From contig NMRA01000172.1 of the NCBI GenBank assembly GCA_002633005.1, forward strand, positions 679,871 to 743,870: DNA of 64,000 bases, in the 5' to 3' direction. Origin of the DNA: Phoronis australis. Lineage: Eukaryota > Animalia > Phoronida. The translations under genes were made by a program, and so were the position numbers. Below the pieces are notes generated by a model. It was not told where the DNA came from. It made no database searches and saw only the letters and a list, made by a program, of their open reading frames with translations. Shown here piece after piece: positions 26,010-36,984 of this stretch (its first letter is position 1; every line of letters starts with the position of its first letter).

Positions 26010-26097
26010 ATTTGGCGGGAAACCGAGGACGGGGTCGAACCCGGGACCCTAATATTGCTGGTCGCCGACTTTAACCACTACACCACTCAGCGACTGA
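26010..26097 (-). mobile_element. tRNA-derived (SINE-head-like) sequence with Pol III A and B boxes
   Basis: Minus strand GAGTGGTGTAGTGGTTAA (A box) ... CCGGGTTCGACCCCG (B box/T arm). No canonical acceptor or anticodon stems. Confidence 0.6.
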
Positions 26098-26569
26098 CGT
26101 CATCAAGTGTGAAAATAGAATACTTAAATGACCACGCGCAATAATCGCACGTTCAACAAACCGCATTGTATTGTACTTATACGCTCCGAAAAATAAGACA
26201 CATAATTTCCATAAAAATGATATCTTAATTCAGTGAATTTTTTCTCTAATGTCCTCTTACTTGTAAATCACCGATCTCCAGTTTGAATGCAGGTATCGTG
26301 TCGTCAGGATCTTTGACTTGAGAATTATATTCAGTTACCAGTGGTAACCTACTTTAGCAGACGATAATTTCCCGGTCGAAGCTTAGCGTGTAAAAAACGT
26401 GTTTTAAGCTATAATAGTTGCTTAACCTTAATTTAGAGATTCANAACTGGTCTTGTACATCTTTTCATAACAGTGTACGGTATGTTTTGTTTCCGTGAAA
26501 ATGTTTTCGGGTGATTTGTTCCGGATGCATTTGACATCTTCCAAAGATTCCAACATACGGTAGCCCTAC

Positions 26570-27400
26570 AACCCACGTGATTCAGCTTCAAAAAGACAAT
26601 AAGTGATATTTAAGTGCCTATTGTCGCTTTTTATAATAGAGCACTGTAGAGATCGCACGAGCAAAGGAAATGTATTTCATCCTCTAAGAACATGAGACAA
26701 AAATCCCACAACACAGTCAAACGCTCCTCAACTGGAGTAAAAATACTGAAACGGTCAGTTACCAATTTCAGCGGCAATACTACACATCTAAGTTGAGAAA
26801 GGAGGGATTTCTTTTCTCTAGAAATGCTCATTTTTAAATAAACTTGTTTGATAATTAGTTTTAAATAATTTATAAGTTCTTAGCTTGTATTTGCTCAAAA
26901 TTTCCTCCCTCCATTCAGGCTCGGAAAGATTAATCAGTTTCATTTTGGCATTTTCCAAACACTTTTTGACCAATTGTATTTTCTGTACGTGAGGTCCCAG
27001 TAAAATACTTGCTTTGTGAGACTATTATCATACATGCAAATAAGTCTATTCCAGAGCTGTAATATACACACTTTCCTGCGAACTATACTACATGTAGGTA
27101 TCAACCCCATCGCGACAAATTTGTGAACACCAAGAAAGTATCGAATGGCTCGATTTTGGATTGAATCACACTGAGGAAAAAGCCCTCCTCCCGATACACC
27201 AACGCAATAATCAAGTATCGGGGTAACACACGCATCATATGATGTAGGTGGTGTACGTCTTGAACCCAACTTCACGCATGCGCTTGAATTTAGAGACCAT
27301 AGCACTAACTGCACGGCCACCAGGTGCTGCTAGTGCGGTAGCGGCTTGTTTAAACTGCAAATGTTCATCAAAAAGGAAACCTTAATATTTACAGTGGCTT
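26570..27400 (-). mobile_element. Second, more decayed CR1/L2-group LINE 3' fragment
   Basis: ACVTPILDYCVGV, IQNRAIRYFLGVHKF, LWNRL, KLRTYKLFK, SLLSQLRC..LPL..TDRF, EDEIHFLCSC. Homologous to 22280-23200. Confidence 0.85.
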
Positions 27401-28899
27401 ACAATAGAGAGCGGGTTATTGGTTATGCTCCCGCCTTTTCAACATAGTAGATCGAACAGGATGCTTTCAAGTTACCGTTAAAATCACGCAATGAGCAAGG
27501 TGAAACTAGGTCAAAGCAATCCGGTTCCGTGAACGACTCCTATGGGAGAATATCGTTTACTTTCCGTTAGAATGGATAGTTATACTTTATTTGTGACGTG
27601 CTTTGAATTTATAATGATTACCTCTCCTTACTTGAATAAGCACACGTGTACCAATGATTCATAAGCGCTAAGGTAACCGTACGTGTAGGTTGTCAGAAGT
27701 GCATGGTCGGTCTTACAAGTTAGGTGGGTTGTATTTTTTACTTTTTCACTGAGTCAAACAAATAATACGGTATTCGGTAAGAACTGTCGTTTGTATGCAC
27801 TCGCTTACAAACATAAGCGTGGATTGGAGAACTTTCGTGTAAGTGACGTAAAGATAGCCGTTCCTAATTTTACAACCAGTTTAGAGCATTAAGTTTGATA
27901 GACATTTCTAATATAGTCCTATCCCGGATGCTGCGCATTCTCTTAGTAAAAAGGTCCGCTGCACGTGCCTTGTTGCTCTTCCTCTCCAAGTCGTGTAGCC
28001 GATGAAGACCGAGTGTGATCGCGCCGGTTATGGAGTTAGGTCATCAGGTAGGGAGAATATTCGTGCATGCACAGTAACCGCCTCTGTGAGAAAATTTAAC
28101 CTTGAAATTACATGTTTATTGCTTTTAAACGCCAGTATCAATTTTATTACGTTTTAAACAACTGCGACCACTAAATTTTTCAAAATGGCATTTTATGGCA
28201 AGTATCCAAATACGGTCAAAGTCGGCAGCCAGACTTGTCCGCCCATGGCCTACCGATACTTGGCCTCGGCATTTAAACTCCGCACTGAATATATTTACGC
28301 CATTACGTAAGTACCGATACAATTTTGTGACGCGTTTGTTCGATCATTCCCAACAACAATAGTACATGTAACAAGCGGTAAAATTGAGCTGGGATAAATC
28401 CGTACAATCTTAATATTATTTGCTTTTCCAATCACTCACATTCACCCTGGGCCACATGATATTTTCAGTATTTTGCAAACAAAAGAACCATAGGGGTCCA
28501 TTGACTGTTGAAAGCTTTCAACGGGCAATTTTTTTTGGAAAAGTTGAATTCTCAATTTTGTAATATTCATATATTTTTGTTTTTAGTTATTTGAAACATG
28601 GCAAGTATTTAGCAAATCTCCGGTGGTATATCTGACACTTGCCTATAGTTATTGTAAAATTCAAAATTCGTTGCCCTGTGAATGTGCCGAAGATTAAACT
28701 GTATGTCCTCAATACCATAAGTTAAAGGCTAATAAACTCTTTGATTTATCCAATAAAATAAGGAGGATAAAAAATATGGCGCGCATTTACATGACCAATA
28801 CAAATAAACAATTTCCTTTGGTTCGTCCGTACTTGCTAAACGGTTACTCCAATTTTCAAGAGAAAAGTGTTAGTGCTAAGGACTCTATCAGCCTCTTTC

Positions 28900-30290
28900 A
28901 TACACTCGAAAACTGAGTACGTGCTCGAAATTTCGAGTACAGATTTTTCAAGTATAACATTGAATACACCAAAGCTGAGTCTGTACTCGAGTTGAGTATG
29001 AAGTGTGAGTTTGAGCATGATTCGAGTCTGAGTACGGAGATTGGAGACCGGGCCCAAACTCACACTTCATACTCAACTCGAGTACAGACTCAACTTTGGT
29101 GTATTCAATGTCATACTCGAAAAATCTGTACTCGAAATTTCGAGCACGTACTCAGTTTTCGAGTGTACTCGAACTGAGGTGTATCTCATCTATATTTCGA
29201 GTACGATTTTGAGTAAAAATTCGGAGTCTATGCTCAAATTTCAAGTTTGGTATNNNNNNNNNNNNNNNNNNNNNNNNNNNNNNNNNNNNNNNNNNNNNNN
29301 NNNNNNNNNNNNNNNNNNNNNNNNNNNNNNNNNNNNNNNNNNNNNNNNNNNNNNNNNNNNNNNNNNNNNNNNNNNNNNNNNNNNNNNNNNNNNNNNNNNN
29401 NNNNNNNNNNNNNNNNNNNNNNNNNNNNNNNNNNNNNNNNNNNNNNNNNNNNNNNNNNNNNNNNNNNNNNNNNNNNNNNNNNNNNNNNNNNNNNNNNNNN
29501 NNNNNNNNNNNNNNNNNNNNNNNNNNNNNNNNNNNNNNNNNNNNNNNNNNNNNNNNNNNNNNNNNNNNNNNNNNNNNNNNNNNNNNNNNNNNNNNNNNNN
29601 NNNNNNNNNNNNNNNNNNNNNNNNNNNNNNNNNNNNNNNNNNNNNNNNNNNNNNNNNNNNNNNNNNNNNNNNNNNNNNNNNNNNNNNNNNNNNNNNNNNN
29701 NNNNNNNNNNNNNNNNNNNNNNNNNNNNNNNNNNNNNNNNNNNNNNNNNNNNNNNNNNNNNNNNNNNNNNNNNNNNNNNNNNNNNNNNNNNNNNNNNNNN
29801 NNNNNNNNNNNNNNNNNNNNNNNNNNNNNNNNNNNNNNNNNNNNNNNNNNNNNNNNNNNNNNNNNNNNNNNNNNNNNNNNNNNNNNNNNNNNNNNNNNNN
29901 NNNNNNNNNNNNNNNNNNNNNNNNNNNNNNNNNNNNNNNNNNNNNNNNNNNNNNNNNNNNNNNNNNNNNNTTACAGAACACTCAGAATTCCACGTTATAG
30001 ACATACTCTTGTAGTTGTAGCGACAGCAGACGATAATGTAGGCCTAGTTCTTGGGGTGGTCTATTCCAATAGGGAGCGATGAATCAGCGCGGCTTTGCGT
30101 GATTTTGCATTTCACATCATAAAGAGTTCCATAGCAACTCGAGTATGAGTGTCAGATTTGAGTACGTTTGGAGTCTACTCGAAATACGATATTAGATACG
30201 CTTTTTTGAGTACGACTCCAGTGAGCACGATTTTGAGTATGAAATCTCGAGTATGAGTATGAGTCTGAGTACGGAGATTGGAGACCGGGC
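28900..30290 (-). mobile_element. Inverted copy of the Harbinger element at 59892-61276, spanning a gap, with a folded-back end
   Basis: 30290 ends GATTGGAGACCGGGCC followed by CAG. 29971-30290 and 29057-29253 are near-identical reverse complements of 59892-60218 and 61037-61235. Confidence 0.88.
29254..29970. other. Assembly gap (N run)
   Basis: Run of N. Confidence 1.
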
Positions 30291-32141
30291 CCAGGTTTAA
30301 CTGTTGAATATGACAGACTTGCATGATATAGGTGCAACTAAATGATGCCGCTGTGTGCATTCACGACGCAGTTTTAAAGCGAAAATGTACTATTTTCAAT
30401 ATTCTGTTTTACGACGACACAAGATCAAACGTAGCAGGGGTGAATGAAACAATTTTTAAGGGGGGTCGTTCAAGGACTTCTTAAAAGGGGGGACTAAGTC
30501 AAAAGTTTGAAAATTGTAGATTTGATATCACTAAAATCAACGGAAAAGGTGGTATGGACCCCTTGGCCCCCTTGGATCCGCCTATGCGTAGACCAGTACG
30601 TGCTGGCTGGTGTCCTGCGGATTCCTCAGAATACGACTGGTCGAGTAGACTGTCATCGTCGGAAGCGCTACGGGTTTGACTGATAACAACATCTTCTAAT
30701 TCTTCTGAGTTCCACCTCCTTTGGTTTCTGATTTAATGTTGCCAGGAATGGGTCTTGCTCCCCCTCCTTTCAGTTGGCCGCGAAAACAAACACTAAAATG
30801 GCACGGAAATAAATTTGGACATTTATCATGTTTCGGCTAATCGTGAGCATGTACTTTAATGTGTGTCCTTGTGATGGGCACAGATATTACATTTTTCCTC
30901 ATGAGAAAAGCTTTTAGACCTTTGTTTGCCCTGATTCTACTAGTATGTGCCATTGTATACCCACGTGATCAAGATTTCATTGAAGCACTTCGATAGTTTC
31001 TTTGTTGGGTTAATCCAGATTGACACAGCAGGGAGGCTTAGATACTTTAAACCTGATTTACTAAACCCGCTCCCTGGTCTAACAAAACTAGGCTTTCGTA
31101 CTTTTAAACCATGTTGTGGAAATGAAAGTTAGGTCTAAAATTAAACCAGGTTTAGGAAGACCAGGTTTAAGTCTTGAACCTGGTTTTGTTAAACCACCTT
31201 TACGCTGTATGTGTCAAATGAATTGAAACCACAATAATTTTGAATTATTAGCAGAGTTAACTGCACAACGCGCCCACGCGTCAGTAAGCGAAGTATTTAA
31301 AGCTGGCTCCCATTTTTTCAGTTTTTGAATTTTTGTGAAATTGGTTAATCAAAGCCTTATAGACAAATTTTCCATAGTCTCGGCGAAAGTAAGATACTTG
31401 AAAGTATTTGCGGAATGTTTGGCAAAATAATTTCATTTTTTATTTTTTACTCTAAGATATTCACGTAATGTTTTCCTCAAGCCGTAAAATTTTGTGAAAG
31501 GTGGAGAAATCCATGTGCACTACAGATTGATCATACGTCATCACGGCTCCCTCCCTGTGAGTCTAAAAAGTCATAAACATACACCGTAATCAATTTTATG
31601 CCACTTTCTATAGTACAAGTACCTGTTACGTCTATAAGCGATAGATCTCTGTGTAATTACGTTAAGTGGTATCGTCTTTACAGATTAAATCTATTGATCT
31701 AAGAATAATGACAAGTTTGCTAGTATCGCTTTCACCACTTAACCTACCAGGCCGCATTCCCATTAGGGGAACTTTGGTTTACAATAGTTTCATCAAAGCT
31801 TCGTTTACCTTCGCCACTTAATAGCGATTTCCATGTTATCGCTATGACAGCAGACGATGCAGTTCATTTTTCCCTCAAACGAATATTGAGTAGTGGGTTT
31901 GAGGCTAACTGAAAATTGTTCCCCTGTCATTTAAGTGTGTTTATGAAAATGATTAGTTCAATTCTTTATCAGATATGATTTCTTTTATTTATTTACGTCC
32001 GTCTATTGAGATCACGTCGGCTACGCTGCAATAACAAAGAACAGGTTTTGCGAGTCTGCCATCTTCGTATATCGCTGTCGCGATCACTACCCCGAGTGAT
32101 TAAAAACCCATGAAACGTCCCGTTTTTAGTTTTAGAGCTAT

Positions 32142-32180
32142 TTGATGGTTTATGTTTATGCTATAAACATAAACCATCAA
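32142..32180. repeat. Perfect 18-bp-arm hairpin
   Basis: TTGATGGTTTATGTTTAT-gct-ATAAACATAAACCATCAA. Confidence 0.9.
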
Positions 32181-34124
32181 GAACTGACGAAGGGGATTCT
32201 ATTGATATGACCCTAATGAGATTCGGTTGAAAACTGGCGGAGTAGCAAAAAGTTTTATTGACGGTATTTTTCATAGGAATAACCAACACCGGAACAAAAG
32301 AATGCAAAAAACATGCCACGCATGCGCGGCGCAACCTCAGGAACGTAAGATCGAAGTTGGCAATCCAGGACTAGAGTTTTATTGTGCAAAGAATAATAAG
32401 AGACAATTCACGTGTCCTTTCGTGTAAGCGCATTATTCACGGCATGGACTGCAAACGTTATGCAACATTGTAACATGAATACTAAAACAATATAAAAAGT
32501 ATAATATTTTGTAATATGAAATATCTGATGGACAACAATGGAAAATGGCAATAATCAGATGTAACGTGCCCACATTTTGAGGACCAGTTTGATGCCCATT
32601 ATTCAGTGGACAAGACTGGTTCTCAAAATGTTGACACATTATATTGGACTATTCACATAGAAAACTAACCCCACGGAAAGATTCCACATCTCAGTTGTTC
32701 TTGCACAGCAAAGTGCCAGCCAAAAAGTGACCCTTGCAATAATTCGCAGTTAACTGGCCTTTTAGTCAGTAAACACTGCCAATAGAGGACCAGTCATTCA
32801 GTAAGTCAAGAAATTAGATTATGATAATATGTCATTGTCGCCGTGCGTTAAAAAGCGGAATATTTTGATGGTGTGGCGGGAAACTAAAATAAAAAGGTGG
32901 AATAGTCCACCAAGAGCTGGAAAATTGGCCAGTACAAAGTACGCTGTCGGCAACAAGTATTGACTTGGATTTTTACAAGGCAAATTTTTCATTTCTTAAA
33001 TATTATTGCGCGCCAGTATAGGTAAATACTGCATATAACAATGACTGCTAAGAAATCAAATTTAAAAAAGTGTTTAGGCGACAGGTAAGCACTGCATTAA
33101 TTAATTACAATAGAAACAATTGAAAACAGTAATAATTGATGTAAACACAAACACACACACACACTCAGCTACGCAAAAATGACTTTTTTAAACATACGTA
33201 AACACACCTCCTAGTATAGGGCCTAAACTTTTCATTTATAATTACACAACAAACACTCAGATAAATGTCATGTTGAAAAACTTCTATTATGTAATTTGAT
33301 AGTCTTTTGAAAGTGGTTCTAAAACTTCAGATGAAAAGATATCAGAGGCAGACTATTCCCGGTATTTGGCCAAACCACGCGTCGTCGGGTGCGTACATGT
33401 ATAAAGAACATGGTCAATGTAACAGTCTGGTTTGTTGACTAATTTTGCCGAGGAATCGATGGTTGTCTAAAATCTAGCTCAAGAGTCTCGCTTAATGAAC
33501 AAAACTGTCAAAATGAAAATGAAGGCTTGGTTTGATAACAACACTCGATCAAACCTCAGTCGAGCAGACTGCCGGAAATTTATAGTCAGTCCTGAGTGAG
33601 CTCTGAAAGAAACTGTGAAAAAAATGACTAAAAATCTCTGGACTTGCGATCTTTAGGTGCGGCAGCCTGGCCACCTGTTGATTCACATGACGTAGTGAGT
33701 AGGGAACAAGAAGATCCCGAAGTGATTAAAGGCCTTAGTCTTCTTAAATTATTCACACGCTTCGTGATCAATGATAAAACCGGGGTTTGGATCAGATGTG
33801 GACTTTTTACACTATGGCAAGATAAAATAAAAGGGATTATACAGTAATCATCGATTTGAAGAGATTGGTGCGAGTGAGCTGGGTGATACTATAGGTAGTT
33901 TAGTTAAAAATTGTCGAAGAAATAATGTTGTAGTCGATGGGACTGACGTCATTGCCGCAGAATGAAAAACCGGGTGACTCGGGTACGACTGTTGTGAATC
34001 TTTGTGTCCTGTAACGTCCGTGCTTAATTCCTTCCTCCCAGAAGCAAGCCCAAGAATCAAGATCGACATGTGTGTGTATGTCACTGAAAATCTGACGAGA
34101 AAACGGACTGGACTAAGCGCTTGA

Positions 34125-34372
34125 TGTTGTCGCCTGGGTGAGCAGCTCACTGGTCCGAAGGTGCACTAGTCCGAAGGTGCACTAGTCCGAAGATGCACTA
34201 GTCCGAAGGTGAACTAGTCCGAAGTTATACATTTAAAGCGTTCGATTGTCGCCTGGGTGAGCAACTCAATGGTCCGAAGGTGCACTAGTCCGAAGGTGTA
34301 CTAATAAAGCGCTCGATGTTGTCGCCAGGGTGAGCAGATCACTAGTACGAAGGTTCACTAGTCCGAAGGTCT
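34125..34372. repeat. Nested tandem array: 15-bp CACTAGTCCGAAGGT subrepeats in three larger units
   Basis: Three GTCGCC.GGGTGAGCA heads (~34129, ~34248, ~34321), each followed by 15-bp repeats similar to the CACTACTCCGAAGGTT subrepeats of the composite repeat. Confidence 0.85.
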
Positions 34373-35009
34373 ACTAATAAAGCGGAACTAAGCGACAAAG
34401 CATTAACATACAATTTCTGTCGACATTGTAGCGAATGTAGATCTGCATTTGAATCGCACAGCTTTTCAGAATATTAGCCCGTAGCCACTCAAGGCATGCT
34501 TTGAATTTAAGTTCAATTTCGGTCGCAGAAAATCTGAATGAAGAGTACAATGTATTAGTATCCGACGGCCGGAGTATAATGCACTTGACTTTCTTAAAAA
34601 GTCTGGCGAACAGGAATTTAGAATTGGTTTGTTCTTTCGGTTGCGATAGTAGGTAGCGCAAATTCAAAAAGTGTGAATTAATCAAAAAGTTTTTCCATCA
34701 TCCCAAAATATTAATATTGCCTATTGCTATTTACAAACCTCTGTTCTACTGTACTGAAACATGAATGTATAAAGCCACAGTCATGCCCGCCAGGACGCCC
34801 GACATTTTATATAATAGTTATCAATATTGATTGTGACACACTTATTATATTTGAACAGCCTCTTACGTCATTAACAGCTTTATTATTATCCAAACTAAAG
34901 ACAATTTTCACAAAAAATAAATTGCTTTTTAAGTTGTTCTAAAATCGCATAATATCGTTAATGTTTTTACAAATGTGACATCTGTTCGCATATTACAATT
35001 CTTAATAAA

Positions 35010-36000
35010 CATAGATTATTACATGGCGAAGTCGTTATCCCCCGTTATCTAGAGCCCGAGTTGATTTTGGAGCATTATCACCCGAGGGGTGTTAAATCGG
35101 AAAATGCTTGATTTTTAGAGTAAAAAACAGAAAAATTTTCCTGGGCGGGAGGGGGGGCAAACCCCCTTTCCGACCTCCCCCCATTCGGTGCTATGCGCAT
35201 CTAATCGTGCTTTGCGCAAATGTTTTCAGACAAAATGTTGGGCTTGTGATATCCTAGATCCGCCACTGCCTTATAGCGTCTATAAATTAAAAAATTTTTA
35301 AACATAGAAAAAGAGAGAAAAAAACGGAGAACGTGTCAAACATGAAAACCTGCAGTTGACACAGAGTTGAACTAACGAACTTGCAGATTAAGCGCACGTT
35401 CTCTGCCACTGCACCACCACGACTTCACTCACAATTTGATAAGAGACCTACATGTACTTGTTTATGGTCCACAGCGTTTGTGCGCGAAACCTACTGCTTC
35501 TTGTAATGCTTATTACACTGTTTATATTTTGTGCAATTAGTTTGTAACAAATTTGTTGTATTTAAAATAGTCTTCAATTACCCAAAAGACCAAATCCATT
35601 TTTGTGTAGGCAATAATGACGCGATTGCTTTGGAAATCGTCTTAAAATAAGGTTTGACAAAGAGAGAATTATGAGTTTCTGAGTGATTCACTAAGGTTTC
35701 GATTAAAATTCACATCTTACTAGCAGCTTCTACTCAGATTCCATTTTCTTTAAAAAATGAAGTAATTTTCTTCATTGCAGACGACGGAAACGGAGTCGTA
35801 GTGCGCAGCGCCACTGCCGGTCGCCTGGGATATTGCGTGAGAGCCTATACTTAGCCATAGTTTCGTAACGATTGAGCCGTGTTCCGCATTTGACACTTGA
35901 AATTGGATCTGAAAATCCCGNTCCCTACGCTCTTGCTGTTTTAGTTTTTTTGCGGCAGCCAAGGGGGGGCCTGCCCCCGCCCCCTAAATTCGCCTATGAA
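35010..36000. repeat. Dispersed repeat with an internal tRNA-like segment; paralog at 53066-53790 plus 58800-58864
   Basis: 35310-35825 aligns with 53265-53785. Minus-strand TGGTGCAGTGG A box and GTTC(A/G)A B box near 35365-35420 and 53320-53375. Confidence 0.75.
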
Positions 36001-36334
36001 AGGTGACCTCGCTAATGTAGCCTTAAGACATTTCGAGTTACAACAATCGGGTACTTCTGATGAAGAACTAATCATTATTGCAAACTTAAGTGACGGTGAG
36101 TCTTAACCTAAGGTGGCTTAGAGTCACTTCTGGTCTCAACTTGGTCTTTGCTTAGATTACAGAGACTAAACATGTTTGGAAACAACCAACAGGTAGTTAT
36201 TGTTTTGGACCAAGCTCTACATTAGCTTTACACTGCAAGTGTAAGTGCTCAAATGGAGATAATGGGTCAAATAGACATAATGAGTCATTATGGAAGTAAT
36301 GGTTAAAATGGACGTGTAACATGAATGGGAGGTT

Positions 36335-36530
36335 AGGGGCGGCTATAGCCCCCATTTTTTTCAGTGCTGCGCCACCCATGGTCTATATGCGGCGCACCAC
36401 AGGGGGGCTGCGGGGGCTATAGCCCACACTTTTTTCAGTGCTGCTCCACCCATTGTCTATAGGCAGGGGAACCACAGGGGAGCTGGGGGGTTATAGCCCG
36501 CCACTTTTTTCAGTGCTGCGCCACCCATGA
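36335..36530. repeat. ~75-bp GC-rich tandem repeat, three units
   Basis: GG.TATAGCCC...TTTTTTCAGTGCTGC.CCACCCAT repeated three times. Confidence 0.85.
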
Positions 36531-36893
36531 TAGGTTAAACCAACGGCCATTATGCTGAATTCATCACAGTTGGTAAAATTGAAATTAATGGCCATTTTAA
36601 TCATCGTTTGTGGAATACAAATTATTTAACGGTAAACTAATGCGTCAAGTACAACGCCGCTAGTGAAAACATATGGATGTAGAGTTTGAATATGAAATAA
36701 CTGGTCAAAATAGACCCAATGTGTCAAACAAACATAACATGTTAAAATTTACCAATGGCTCAAACTAGAAACAATGGATTAAAACGGACATGTAGGTAAT
36801 GGATGACAATGGGCGCAATCAGTCAAAACGAACATAATAGGTCAAAATCTGCACACCGTCAGAAAAGACGGTGGCTTATTTATTCCATACGTC

Positions 36894-36919
36894 CCCTAAT
36901 ATTCCACTTTTTCTTACAG
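36894..36919 (+). promoter_or_regulatory. Probable branch point and 3' splice acceptor before the GPCR coding exon
   Basis: CCCTAAT...CACTTTTTCTTACAG|G, 65 nt upstream of the ATG. Confidence 0.6.
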
Positions 36920-36984
36920 GGACAGGTGACAAGAGTAAGACACTGCATCTGCTAGCCACGTAGTTTACAGAAAAACTCCCGGAG

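Noticed and set aside
26010-26097. Functional tRNA gene
   Set aside because: A/B boxes are present but acceptor and anticodon stems do not pair canonically.
27995-28035. CCGATGAAGACCGAG... hammerhead-like start; similar CTGACGA at ~32184 and CTGATGA at ~36057
   Set aside because: No properly placed stem II plus GAAA.
29041-30014. Long ORFs across N runs (also 44127-44941)
   Set aside because: Artefacts of assembly gaps and tandem repeats.
34125-34372. CRISPR-like appearance of short repeats (also 44657-44880 and 36335-36530)
   Set aside because: No unique spacers, no cas genes, eukaryotic context.
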